A stretch of 64,000 nucleotides of DNA from Camelus dromedarius (lineage: Eukaryota), in assembly GCF_036321535.1 (NCBI RefSeq), contig NC_087437.1, positions 22,756,001 through 22,820,000 of the forward strand, written 5' to 3'. How positions within the stretch are numbered: position 1 is the stretch's first letter; every line of letters starts with the position of its first letter. Under the pieces are notes generated by a model, which saw only the letters and a list, made by a program, of their open reading frames with translations, ran no database searches and was not told where the DNA came from. Shown here piece by piece: positions 1-12,944 of the stretch. The position numbers and the translations under genes are program-made.

Positions 1-553
1 GTTCTATCTTTGGACAGGTTAGAGTCATGGGAAATAACAAAGAGTCTCAACCATGAGATTGTCCACTATGGTAGGTTGTCCAATGTGGACTCCTATCCTT
101 GGGGCATCCCAGACAACACATGCATGCACACTATATACACAAACACACAACACACACATTTCACAGCACTCTGGGATTCTTAACACAGCACTATAGGAAA
201 CTTTTCTCTAAAAACTATTTCAGCCACCAGCTTATATTTAGCTAATACCCTTAGGAAGCTTACAGAAGAAATATAGAGATAGAGATATCTGACTAGAAAC
301 ATACTGACTAAAACGAAATGATTCTTACTTTATAATATTTACACAAAGCAGACTTTTTTTTCCTCAGACCAGAGGTGGAAATGTCACAAAGTACTATAGA
401 TAGTGAAAGAGGAAGGGCCTCTCCAATACATGAAGGTTGTCTTCCAAACTCCTTCTTCATCACAGGAGGGTAATGGAGTGAGAAAGAAAAAAGATAGAAG
501 AAAACAAAGGAGACAAAACTAGGAACTGCATGTTCAGTTTCATTTTCCTGGTG

Positions 554-739
554 AAGTAGTTCTCCTACTTTAGTGCATCAGAACCCTCTGGAAGGTTTGT
601 TAAATCACTGCTTTGTTGGACTCCACCCCAAGTTTCTGACTTAGTAGGTCTGGGTTGGGCCCTACATCTTTGCATTTCCAACAAGTTTTCAGGCGATACT
701 GGTATTGCTGGTCCTGGGACTTCACTGTGAGAAGCACTG
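554..739 (-). mobile_element. MER5A hAT-Charlie MITE
   Basis: Degenerate TIRs aagtagttctc...gagaagcactg; internal tgcatttccaacaagttttcagg and tgcatcagaa match MER5A. Confidence 0.85.
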
Positions 740-1769
740 CCCTGGAAAACAAAGGTTCCTACCAATATGAGTGCCACCACAGTCATAGAACTGTCAAAAT
801 CCATGCCATCTCAGGCTCATGCACACAGGATTTATTGAGCTTGGAGAGCCCAGAGCATAATTAATGCTTTTATTTTCAGTCTCTTCCAAAAATTCAATTC
901 CATTAAACTAACATACGATGAAAGACTATTTTGCATGTTCCACATGATTTACAGTAACTTCCCCACCCATTCTGACAACCACAGGCATTTAAAACCAGAA
1001 TGGCCACAGACTTGCAACATCACCTTCCCTGATGCTGGGGCAGGTGTTTCCGGGTCAGCCTCATCACACTCCGTGGGAAATTTCAACCCAGCTGCTTGGC
1101 ATGTATGTACTTTCACATATTGCTCCCACTGTCTTTCCCATTCTGGGCTTTTTACTATAGACAGTATAACATTTCTGAAGCTCCAAGGTAAATAGAAAAC
1201 TTAACTACCTCACCTACCTTCCCCAAGGTCTCCCCACTCCTGACTTCATGGGAGAGTTACATACCAACAGCAGACTTTAATGAGAGGACCACTGTGGCCA
1301 AAATCTGAGAGCATTAACTTTCAAAAATGCTGTTCTTGACAATTATTGTGTGCAGCCTTGGCCAAAGTTGTAAATTTTTGAGTTTCTGTTTCCTTATATA
1401 CAAACTGAAGATCCTCATGCCTATTTTCCATGGATATGGTGATTCGCAATGAAGGTTAGTATGTAGTGAGATCTCTGAATCTCTATCTTTCTTCTATAAA
1501 CTTTCTGAGATACTATCACCTGGCACAGAGTAGACATTTAGTAAATAACAGCAATTCTTCCAGGGCTAAATGTGGGATATAGGTGAAAGAACATGAGTTT
1601 TATGGTCCTTGGTTTGAAGGTCAGCCCAGCAAGTCACTTTATGTCTCTGAGTGTTGCTTTGATTATCTGTAACATAAAAATGATAATACCTCCCCCATTG
1701 TAACACACACATGCACACACAAACACACCCTTGTCTGTGATACGCAGTGACCTCATGGAGCCAAACTTG

Positions 1770-1955
1770 CCAAGGTCTGAGTCCAGCTGTGACATCTAGT
1801 AGATCTGTGACATTAAGCAAGTTACTTTATTTTTAATTTCTCAGTTTTTCCATCTAAAAAAAAAATCGTTGTTGTGAGGATTAAATGAACTAATATATGT
1901 AAAGTACTTATGACAGCAAAGTTCACACTGTAAATGCTATTTGTGTTAGTGATTT
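1770..1955 (+). mobile_element. MIR SINE
   Basis: gcaagttactt...ctcagtttttccatct...gttgtgaggattaaatga core. Confidence 0.8.
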
Positions 1956-4867
1956 TTATTAGTTATTTCTTAAATTCCTTTTTATTATGTTATTTTGATA
2001 TAATAAATGATTAAGAAATGTTAGTTCGTCATGTCCCCACGTGCCTAGTCATGTAATTTTAATTCAAGTTAGACTATATATAATATCTAAATAAATAGTT
2101 TAAATCATAATTCATTTTCTTGATGTGCATGCTCATTAGCCTTTAAGACCTGAGAGGGGATCCTTTGAGGCAACACAGTGGTTTGCTCTAAGATCTTCCT
2201 CTATAGCTCCTTAGGGATTCAAAGCACAGCAGAATATATAGCAGATTACTCTCTTAAAATTAACTTTTAAAAACTTACATAGAGCAATATACCTTCAATT
2301 TTCCCACTTTTCAACCTTTCTTTGGCTAACACTTTATAGCATGGAAAACCTTGCCATGATATCTGAAAATCAATCTTTTTTCACTGAAAAGGAAAACAAG
2401 TTTAGTTCATTAGGCTCTTAACCTTAATTACCTTTCCTACAGATCTCTTCAAATTAAACCAGAGCCACTCTGATCTTCATATGATATGCATCCACAAACC
2501 CCCAAATTCATAGTCAGCCCTCATTGTTCTGATGGTATAACTTTCTCTCCTTGTCTTTCTAACAGGAATTCAACAGCATTTACTTAGCACTCAATACACA
2601 ATCAGAGCAGGACTGGAAGAACTAAGAATCATAAAATAACACTAACCAAGATCCCATCTGGGAGAAAGACTTAGATGTCATTTAAGGCTGGTAGGGTTCT
2701 GGGAAGAAAACTATTGGTTTGGGTTCGAGTGGCTGAGAGATGCCTGGTTACTAAAGTCAGTCTTGACCTGAATTTTGAAGGGCTTTTGTAGCTGGAAGGA
2801 AGGTTATTGATACATATTTCATTTCTTCCTCATTTTAGATGAAAAAAGTAAGGCTAGAGGTTAAGTCATTTGCCCAAAGTCATGCATTTAGCGACTGGGG
2901 AAAAAAAAAAAGGGAAGTCATAAGGATTTAAAAACCAATCCAATGCTTTCTCCATAAAGCATGCCACATTTGAATAAATAAAAAGCCTCAGAAGGGCCTT
3001 CCAGGCAGGGAGAAGGGTGTGAAGTAGCAGTCAACATCTCCTATTGGCCTGGCAGTCAAGCGGCTGGACTAGAGCAGAGTAAAATGGATCAGTAGGGAAG
3101 AGCCACACCATGTCCAACAACCCAAGTTTATCCTGAGGAACCTCCAAGCAGTGCTAGGATAAAATTAATGTCTTATGATTTTTCAAGAGAGATAGCTTTT
3201 AAAACCTTGGTGATTGACTATGTAACTATGTTTTCTTTAAATCTTGAAAAATACGCTGTTGAGTGAACTCAATTGGCCCTATTAAACTTCTAAGTATGTT
3301 ATTAGAGGATCAGACATAGTTTAACAGTTTAATATAATATAGTTTAATGAATTCAAAATCTAAACTCTGTGGCTTGAAATTTCCCTTCAGCCCACTAAAT
3401 AGTGAGTGAGATTTCCATGTGTATTTAGAGACTGTCCTTTATATTGTAAGGCTACGAAATCAAAAGTAGAATTCTAAGAGGTTTAAATTATTCTGTCTCT
3501 AAGCTCAGATCCCAACTCTCAAATGCATGGCATTATAAATGTCCTATAAAGTAAGGGAGCCCTCAGTGAGGAGTAATGGAATTGTTAATGCTATCAGGGA
3601 ACAAGGAGCAATTTTTCTTTTATGAACAATGAGTAAGGGATACGTTGCCCTAAGTGAGCAGTGCAAAGTGCACCATCTGCTGTCAATCAATATTTTGACC
3701 ATTAATAGTCTTTAAAGCTTTTAGTCCAATTTAAATGAACATCACTATGGGTTGTATTTTAAACCAGTTATGGATTCTAATCCTTTGATTTTGAAATAAT
3801 AAGAGCTATAGGATGTCATGAGACACAATTACAAATTGCTATTCCTGGTGAAGCAGAAATATTGTTAAAATGCTGCCACTAATTTTTGCAAGTATCCTAG
3901 GACTCTTGATACCAAAAAAGAAGCTACTTTTCATATAATGGATTATTTGTATTTGGAGTATCAGATTTATCTCCAGTAAACACAGAGTCAAACCAAATAC
4001 CACACATGATTTTTCTTCACCTCTACAACCCTTCATAGGATATTTTAAGGTTAACAACTTGGAAATTGTTTCTAATAATAACTGTAAAAGAGTAGTTAAA
4101 TGTTCTGTTTTATCACTTTTCCCCTAACATTTCTTTAATTGCTCATTTCCTAAGCCCCTGCTCCCTGGAATTTTCAAATTGGATTTCCTGGTATACTGAT
4201 AAAATGCATCAACATCTATTGTGTCTTCTAAAGGATAACTGACACATGCCAGTGGAATATGAACAGAAAGGCAGATAGCAGGCCGGGCTGAGGGATTACA
4301 CAAAATCTGGTGCCTAAGAAAAATATTTATGATTCTTGACACAGAGGAAAATGACACATTATGCAAATAGTTTATGAGAGTAAGAGCAATAGTTCAGTAG
4401 GGGGACTGTTAGCCAAATTCATTGATAAGTATTATATACAGGACCAAGAAATCTTAGAAGATATTTCATTACAAGTGTATCTATCTGTAAGATGGAGATG
4501 ACTGAGGTGCAGTTTACTCTTCAATGGTCATCCCCTTTAAAACAAACAAACAAACAAAAAACCTTTTAAAAGCTCAAATTTGAACCACAGTTTTGTTTCT
4601 TTTCTTCTCCATTTATTATCATCATGCCCATGGCAGGACTCTCACAGAAGCATAGGTTCCATCCTCTGATAAGGAAAGGGTTTATATGGTCTTTCTCTGA
4701 AATTTCACTCTTTTGGACTTCCTGGAAAATAGAATCTATCTGACTTATCTTGAAAGCAAAAACAATATGAGGATGCATCTGGATCTCACAGATACATCCT
4801 CTCTGCAGGACAATCACTGAAAGAATTTATTTATTTTAAAATATATTCAGCACCTCTTAGTAGAGAT

Positions 4868-4990
4868 AAAAGTTGAATCCCGGCTCAGCAGCTAACTAAT
4901 TACATGACCTCACATCTCTAAGTCTTTATTTCCTCACCTGTAAAATGAAGATGGTGGACTTATGATCTCTAAGACCCCTTCCCAATATAA
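4868..4990 (+). mobile_element. MIR SINE fragment
   Basis: ttgaatcccggctc...tttcctcacctgtaaaatg. Confidence 0.7.
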
Positions 4991-7503
4991 GAATTTCAAC
5001 ATTTATAGCTATTGGGAAATTCATTCGCTTGGCATTTCCTTTCCTCTTACATTTAAAAAGGTTTATTAGACTGTCCCATCTTATTTCTCTGTTGTAGCTT
5101 CAGACTATTTTATTACATCACTGACAAAGTCCCTAATAAATATTTTAGATATAACATTTAGATCATCCCTTAAGAGGAAATATGAGATGTCACTAATGCC
5201 ATCCATATGGACTATTTGCAGAGACTATCAGTGGCAGCTCTTCTAAGATGAACATGAACCTTATTAGGCATAGGGATGAGTAAATCACACGGATATTGCT
5301 ATGAGTGGCTATTCAGTTTAGGGGAAGTTACTCCCCTTCTTTGAGATTTAGTTTCTTCCTCTGTATAATGAGAGGGCTAGAAAAAATAACCTCTAAGATC
5401 CCATTTAATTCCAACAATTATAATTCTATGCCAAAAAAATTAAATAACACTAAAATAAAAATCTTTTCCTTGATTTATACAGTTCAAGATAACTCAAGGA
5501 TACTAAAAATTCTAGTAATCAAATACTCATCACATATATGCATGTCTCCATAATTTTTTATAATCTTTATATATTACATTGTTTCAGAACTTGCTTTTAA
5601 TAACATTCGTATAGAAAATCCATGAAAGAAGGACAGAACTTTAATCCCACACATAATAAACCTTAAGCCTAAAATGCCTTAAGCATAGCAATTTAGAGAA
5701 ATGCTACCTCAACTATTGCTCAATGTGCTAATATTTTAGGACTTTAACCACAACTTAAAAGTATTTAATGGAGTTTTTGAGTATTAAAGATAATCTGGAA
5801 TTTTTAAGGTTCAAAAGTAAAAGTTACATTTATGTCTTATGAACACAAAGTATGTCTGAATTTTAATAGGTCACCAAAACCTAATCAAAAGTTTAACAAA
5901 ACAGTATCTCCATCATAAATAAGCTGAAATTGGTAAATCAGTCATAGTTCAATCAAATTCAAGGCTATGAAGAAATCTTTCCATCTAATAGAAGTTTGTA
6001 ATTTTAAAACCTATGTTTTGCTAAACCATATATAGCCCTTTAATTAAATTCCAAGAATTACACTGTCTCTGGCTTCTCAAATTACTTCCCATATCCTCTT
6101 GATTAGTTATTAGTCAAGTCAGGAGCAAGAGCCTGGTCCATTGATGATGGACAAGGGCAATGACTGGCGCCTAGGGCTTTACATCTGATGGTGTCACTTC
6201 CCTTCTCTTTGACTATTTCTCTTTAAACTGATTGTGAGTTTCTCCCCTCAAATAAGAGTTTTGTTGTGTGCTTTAAGTCCCTCCATGCAAAGGAATTTAG
6301 CTCTGTGCTCTGAATGGATCAGCATGCCAGTCTCCTGACAAAAATTACACTGCTTAGCCTGAAACTTCTGCCTTCTTGCTCAAGTATCTCACAGTGGGAT
6401 CCAGTTAAGGCATAGGATTTCTTATGGTCTCAAATCATGACTGTACATTGTTATCATCAGGACATCATATGGTTAGCATATAAAATGTGCATTGATCCTC
6501 TTCCCTGAACCTCAGGGGTATAAAAGGCTTCAGGACTTCCAAAAATAAGGGAAGTGAAATACAAAAGTCTATCCTTTGCTATGAATTATAGCAATACCTC
6601 AGCTCTTTCCACTGTGTTCAAAGTTCCTATCCATTATCAGACTGAGATAAGAGTGGTAAAGTGAACTATTTCATCAATCAGGTCAGTTTTAAACCTGTCT
6701 TCCATCTTACTTTAAAAGGTGAGAGTATAGCCTGGATAATCTCTGCCACATTTTATTAAACTTTCTGAAAGGCATGGCATGGTAAATTGTACAGAAAGAG
6801 CAACTGGGAGTTTAAAATGTTAAGTGCATTTCCACACCTTGTCCCTCCCTCCAAAAAAGAAGACACACAGCAAATAATACTAATAATGACAATTATTATT
6901 AATTAGAAAGTGTGAAATCAGGCTAAGAAATGAAGAGTACTGCATAAAGAAACTCTTGTGTATTATAAGAAAATAAAACATGTTCATGTAATTAAAACAG
7001 ATTTGAACAAAATTATCCCAATAGGAGGGGTGGAATGCATTTCTCCAAGTTTTCTTCTTAAAACTAGTTGATCTAAGAGGATTTACCCAATACATGTTTA
7101 AGTGATGCTGCTTCTAGAACTTTATAATGCTCATCAGCCCCTCCTGTGAAAAAAGGCTGCTCTTTGTGCCTCAGAGCCATCACTTCCCAATATCTATCAT
7201 TACAAAAACAAACAGCTAGCCTGGTTTGGCTCCTCACATGACAATGGACCCACATCTGTCAACAGACTCTCATTATGTGCTGCGTGAGAACACAACTGTG
7301 ACATTTACTCCTGTGACAAGGCAAATTTCGGCAGCTCATCTGTAAAGAGATGAGCATTCATTATGCTGCAGCACCTTTCATCAAGCTAATGACATTTCAA
7401 TCAGCACATTTTCTCCAGTTTCGATACTTTGCCATCTGAGCACAAGTCTCTAATTACGCCCAAGCAACAAGTTTCACATCAATCCTACAATTTCTTCACT
7501 CAC

Positions 7504-7678
7504 CGTACACCATCGCTCCTCCAGTTTCATGCAAGAAGCGAAATCGATGATTTTTAAATAACCAGATTGTCAAAATGGTAAGGATGAGCAAAAAATTAAA
7601 GACAAGCAGCTCCACTGCTCCCTGATGTTGAAACTGATATTCATCCTTCTCTGACATGAACCTTCGCTGTCTCTCCAT
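7504..7678 (-). CDS. SLC9A9: SLC9A9 (NHE9, sodium/hydrogen exchanger 9) first coding exon, 175 nt (58 codons + 1 nt, phase-1 intron); the rest of the gene lies beyond the window start
   Basis: Translation [59 protein letters not shown] matches the recalled NHE9 N-terminus (FLHETG motif of NHE6/7/9). ATG is in strong Kozak context AGAATGG. Canonical donor G|GTGAGT at 7503-7498. Confidence 0.97.
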
Positions 7679-8262
7679 TCTTCTGTCTTCTCAGGATTCC
7701 TTAGATAAAAACCTGGATAAGGACTATTTTATCAAGGTTTGTCTAAGACGATCTGGCTGCCTGAGGATTTCGGGATAAACACTGCCACTTAAGTTGCTAC
7801 TTCATGAGCATTCTGTCTTGGCTTAGTATTCAGATGGCTTCTAGTTACAACTTCCTGTTTCTCTCTTAAAGCAGCCCCGTCTCTTTTCAAATTCCAGAGT
7901 GTGGTTTCATCATCTACTCTTACTGTCTTTAAATGATTCATTCCATGAAATTTCTTTCATATTGGACAAGCCTGCAAGGAATCATTCTGAGATCTTGAGT
8001 CATGATCAATCTTTTCGAACAAGTCTTCTGAAGCTGCATAATTGGTGAATTGCAGATTAATAATAAAACAGATCACCTTAAATCAGCAACACATTTTCTA
8101 AGTTCAAAAAGCCAATTCCTGAATCATAACCTCAGTCACATGCGAGATTTTCCCTCCCCAACCAAAGCCTCGCAATGTGATGGGTTTGACCTAAGATGAT
8201 TTCAGGAGGTTTTTGTGTTTGTTTTTTTTTTTTTGAGAAGCAAGAAATAATTTTGTATGTGG

Positions 8263-8298
<36 letters not shown>

Positions 8299-8350
8299 TT
8301 CTTTCTCTCTCTCTCTGGCTTTATATAACTGGCAGTCACAAGAGCAGTAT
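7679..8350 (-). promoter_or_regulatory. SLC9A9: SLC9A9 5'UTR and proximal promoter region (no CpG island; TSS not determinable)
   Basis: Immediately upstream of the ATG. Contains ETS/IRF-like GAAACAGGAAGT (7850-7861), RUNX TGTGGTT (7900-7906), AP-1 TGAGTCA (7996-8002) and CCAAT (8112-8116). Confidence 0.65.
8263..8316. repeat. (CT)n microsatellite: (CT)14 perfect, then interrupted
   Basis: Seen directly. Confidence 0.95.
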
Positions 8351-10156
8351 TTAAACTCTGAATCAATTGCTTTCCTTTGAACAAGAATAAATGAAAGCAT
8401 AAAACAAAAAGAATTTTGTCCTCATCTCTGCGGCTGCACTGTTTTTATATGATGAGTTAAAAAAGAAAGAAAGCTAAACACGTATCTTTGAAGTAAGAAA
8501 CCATACAGCCATCCTCAGTAATGCCACATACGTGGATTTCTCTTTGTAAGCTCCTGTCCACACGATCAAGACCCATAGAAATCTGCTACAGATCACAAAC
8601 CTCCTCTGTCCTGTGGCAAAACAACGTGGTTCACTGAGGAACAGTCTGCCACCAACAGTGAAGTTTCCAGAATCCCAGGGCACAGACAGTGATGATTCTT
8701 CAGACCATCTTCCATTTGGCAGGTTGGTTCTGTTTGAATTAATATCTTTATGCTTTTTGAAAAAGTTCAAGACAATACTACCATCAGCTCTGCTGCTTTT
8801 TTAATAATCACCTCGTATGTCCATACTTGACAGAACTGGTATTCACTTTAGACAGTGTAAGTGATTCATTGAGTAGGATGAGTCCAAATATATCCTCAAA
8901 ACATCTTGTCACCAAAAGCTGGAGGTCGAACATGCAATATATTGGGAGCTAACTAGCTCCTCAATAACAGTTGCACCCACAGAGGAAGTCTGTCAACCAC
9001 TTAATATAAAACTCTGCTGTTTCAGCTGCTTTGCCTTCTGCAACTTTTGAAGTTGATTTCCTGAGTTTAACTCAGTAAGGGGTATTTATGTGGGCTGCAG
9101 ATGTTCTTTTAACATACTACCCTTTTTGGCAGGCATATCTGTGATGACTAATATTCAAACTGTTTTGAAATCTGTCAGATGATGCTTGCAAGCATTTCAT
9201 GAAGCTTTGCTAGCAGGTTCTACCTTTACAATTTTGCAACCCCACAGGTTTAGTCTCGAGTCATGAGAGCTACAAGACAACCCAAATTCAAAACTTCGCA
9301 ATTTCTTATTTTTTTTTTCTTTTCAGTCACCATTTAATTACTTTGGTTTCCTTTCAATAATGATGATTATTCCATCTGGGCAGAATAAACTTTCTTTGGT
9401 TGTCTTATTATGACACCTAATTTCCCTCTCTTACTCAATGAAGCAACTCAGTGAGAGGATTAAAGGCCAATGGAATGTTTTGACTGGCTAATACATTGTT
9501 TTTTTTAAATCTTAAGCTTGATGTCAACATATTTTAAGAAGTATATTTCACATAAAAGATCATAGACATGGCTTCTCTAGAAAAAAATGTTAAGTTCTGG
9601 CACACTGGGCCCTCCTTCCCATGTGGCCACAATCTGTTAGGGCTGGGGGTGTTGCCTGTTTGCCACAAGTCCCATTCACCCCATTTCACTCATTCATGTT
9701 CCCTGCATGGCCTCTACAGTCACTTGAATAGGTGGCCCCTGGTTAATTCCAAGAATGGAATACATTCACTATTGCATTGTCCAATTCTGATACTGTTTTA
9801 CATTAAGACAGAAAGCTGAGAGGAAAAGGGAGCTCAGGAAACTTCTCCAATTCTTGCATTCAGAAAAGTATTTCAATTTCTCCTATTTTGTGTTTTCTTC
9901 TCAGAATATCATTTTATATTCTTCTTTACCAATGAAAGTAAGAAAATGAAATAAAAACACATATTAATTTGGTATCTACATGTACCAGAAAATATGCTGG
10001 GAAATTTAATTTAGTTTAATGTAGTATTCATAAAAACCCTTCTACATGTGAGGGATTTAAGGCTCAGAGAGGGCTGCTAATATATCCAAGGTTACACAGC
10101 CAGTAGGAGTTAAATTTATGTATAGGGTTTAATGGCCTTAAGATGGCATTTCATCT

Positions 10157-10270
10157 TAGGGTGATCAATTCATCTTGGCTTGTCAGAGACTGTCCTGGTT
10201 TTAGCACTGAAAGTCCTGTATCCCAGGAAACTTTTCAGTCACAAGCAAACCAGGACAACTGGCCACCCTA
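10157..10270 (+). mobile_element. MER81 hAT-Blackjack MITE
   Basis: TIRs tagggtga...ccacccta; internal ggttttagcactgaaagtcc. Confidence 0.85.
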
Positions 10271-11170
10271 ATAGCCAAGGTTCCCCCAACTTACAAATCC
10301 TGTACTGTCAAAAATGATTATTCTTTATGAGACTCCTGAGGCCAGATAGTCACACAAAGAAAAATATCAGTTAAAAATTAAGGCACTTTTATTAGCTGGT
10401 GACATAACCCTTAGCGCTAGGTCTCTGATGAAGTTGGGATGAAACTCAAAACTTAAACACAAAGCCCAAAGGAGAATTCTTGATTGTCTCTTAATTTAGA
10501 TCTTAACACCTGCTAGCTGACTGAGTCAAAGGCTCTTGCTGCAAGATACAACATGTAGGTGAGAGGAGGGAAGAAAAGAGAAAAGCAGGATGGCCCAGCT
10601 TATTGCAGTGAGTATGCCCTGCCTCAGCTTGCCCATCCAGCCCCATGGAAGGAAAGACTTGAAGGGAGAAGAATTCCACGCCAGATAACCTTGTGTAGCA
10701 CAGTAACCCCACGCTGTGAATGTGACCAGTTAGAACCCATAGACTGTGTTTCATGATCTAACCAACCATTTGAGAGTCCCTTGTTCTTGGAGAAGATAGT
10801 GGAGACTGTGGGCTTAGAGAATTGAGAAGGGAAACTTCCCTAGGGTGAGGAGAGATGCTGAGGGTTCCTCTTCCCTGCTCCCTGGAGCCCCACCTTACCT
10901 TAGCTCTCTCTCAACATTAGACTTAACAGAAAATACTGAAGTCAACACAGACCCTGGGTTAGAGGAAAATCCCATTGTCTCATTCACTCGGCCTCTCTCT
11001 GTGTATTTATCCTTCTCTGAGACCAGTGAGGTGGGAGTTTCATATTTTGCCCACAAAGGTTCTAAAAGAGGACAGGACAGGACTGTAATTAAGTTTATGT
11101 GAAGGTCACACAATGCACTAAACCAAAGACTCACCACCTGTTCTATTTTCAAACTTGCCATAAATCCATT

Positions 11171-11533
11171 AGTTAAAGTAATTAACTGAGGCAACCATTA
11201 GACTGGGGTGACTCTGATGCCTTGGTCACTTATGCAAACAAACCAAACCTAAGCCAGAGTCAATGTGCTCAAATCTGAGAAAATAAAATTTAGGAACAAC
11301 CAATCACAAATGGCAAACTAAGGTTTCCCAAATAAGGTGACGGCTTAAACTGTAGCCAATCAAATAATGTCCTTGCTTTGTTTCCCAGTCTTTTCTATAA
11401 AAAAACTTCTCTCCTAGCTCCTGTTGGTGGAGTGCTCCTAATCACTTTCAGCTTGGTGCTGCCCTAGTTTGAACGGATGCATGCTCAAACAAACTCTTGA
11501 AAATTTTAATGTGCTTCAATTTATCTTTTAACA
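11171..11533 (+). mobile_element. ERV1-class solo LTR (MER93/MER57-like)
   Basis: Begins gttaaagtaattaa, has two CCAAT boxes and tataaaa, ends tttatcttttaaca; a related copy lies at 34408-34742 (-). Confidence 0.75.
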
Positions 11534-12821
11534 TATCTTAGCTTCCCTTACCCACCAAAAGTCACATGTTACCATAAAAATGCCCCTAATTTGAATATGA
11601 ACCCCTCCCATCAGTAGATTCCCACAGAGAAATGAGAGTTTAAAAATTTCACAGAAAGTTAAATTTCATGATAAACATTTGGACAGTATTAAGTCCCAGA
11701 GAAATTCACTGCATAATACCTGGTTTTTGTCTTTATCCTCTGCAGATTCTGAGTGTATGGGACCAAGGACCTTGAACTTAGGACATAACCCCCAAGGCCA
11801 TGTTCTTTCCACTGATCTCCATTATGTTGGCAAGGTGAAATAAAGGTCACTGAAAACTAGTGAAAATGAGAGGACTTGTATAATTTTATTAAACAACTCA
11901 TATGAAGAAACTTGTGTACATGAATGAGTATCACTTCCTTCTACCCACACAGTGTGTTTCAGCCATGCTCTGAGGAGGGAAAATGGGTACAGACCTCACT
12001 GTTTTCCCAGGTGAGGTCTTATCCCTGGATTGTTCATCCTTGAAGTGCAGGAATACATAATAAGGTCCCCTGACCCGTGCTGACCAGAGAAGAGGGAAAT
12101 CCCCTAGCACTTGCACTGGATGCCACTTGTGAGACCAGCAAACACATACTGTATCCCACTTTTTATTTAAGCATTTCTCCACTGAAAAGTCCCAAAGCTG
12201 TGCAGAGCTGAAGGGAGGCAAATCTGGCATTGTGCCTGTGATCTAGCCACATCATCCCTATGCCATCAAAGGTCAATGGCCTCACAGGTAAAGTCTCAGA
12301 GTGAGGAGGGTCCCAGGTGAATATCTTGATGCCTAATTCTACTTCTTCTCTCCCTTTGTCCCTAGACTTCTATCTACAGCATATCACCCCTTTTCTTTTG
12401 GAGAGAGCACCTTTTTGTGAATTATACATGTCAATTATATCTCAGTTTAAAAAAAAAAGTTAAGAAAAAAGAAATAACAAGTTTCAGTTCACTAGTCCCC
12501 TCTTTTGTCTTGAACATATTGAAAGGTCAACTGTGAGAAGAATGTCACTCATTGGCTTTTTATTTTGTTCAGTCTCTGTCAGCAATTCATAAGGCAGGGT
12601 AAGTGCAGACTGGCCACAGTGGCTGAAACCTCCCCCACAACCCAGGATGAAGGCTTCAGAGTTGTAAAGAAGTATGCGCTCTGGAGCCAAGGACAGGGAG
12701 GGCATGATGGAGAACTGCCACTCCAGGCTGCAGCATATTTTATTGCAAATTTACTGCAATCAAAGACCTGAGAAAATTCATTTCTTTGATCTCCTAAGTG
12801 TCCACATCATAAAGTCACATT

Positions 12822-12942
12822 CTATAGTGAAAACGAATATGAAAAGGAATATATGTATGTATATGGATGACTGAAACGTTATGCTGTACACCAGAAATTG
12901 ATGCAACATTATAAGCTGACTATACTTCAATTAAAAAGAAAA
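12822..12942 (+). mobile_element. Short L1 3' end (cetartiodactyl-type)
   Basis: atgctgtacaccagaaattg...tatacttcaattaaaaag terminal motif with A-rich tail. Confidence 0.75.
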
Positions 12943-12944
12943 GG

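Larger units (their letters stand above)
1..7503 (-). other. SLC9A9: SLC9A9 intron 1 (partial)
   Basis: Follows the GTGAGT donor; no exon-2-like peptide appears in the ORF track for this interval. Confidence 0.9.

Noticed and set aside
7496..7503. Stop-terminated 60-aa ORF suggesting a truncated gene or pseudogene
   Set aside because: The stop lies in the intron after a canonical GTGAGT donor.
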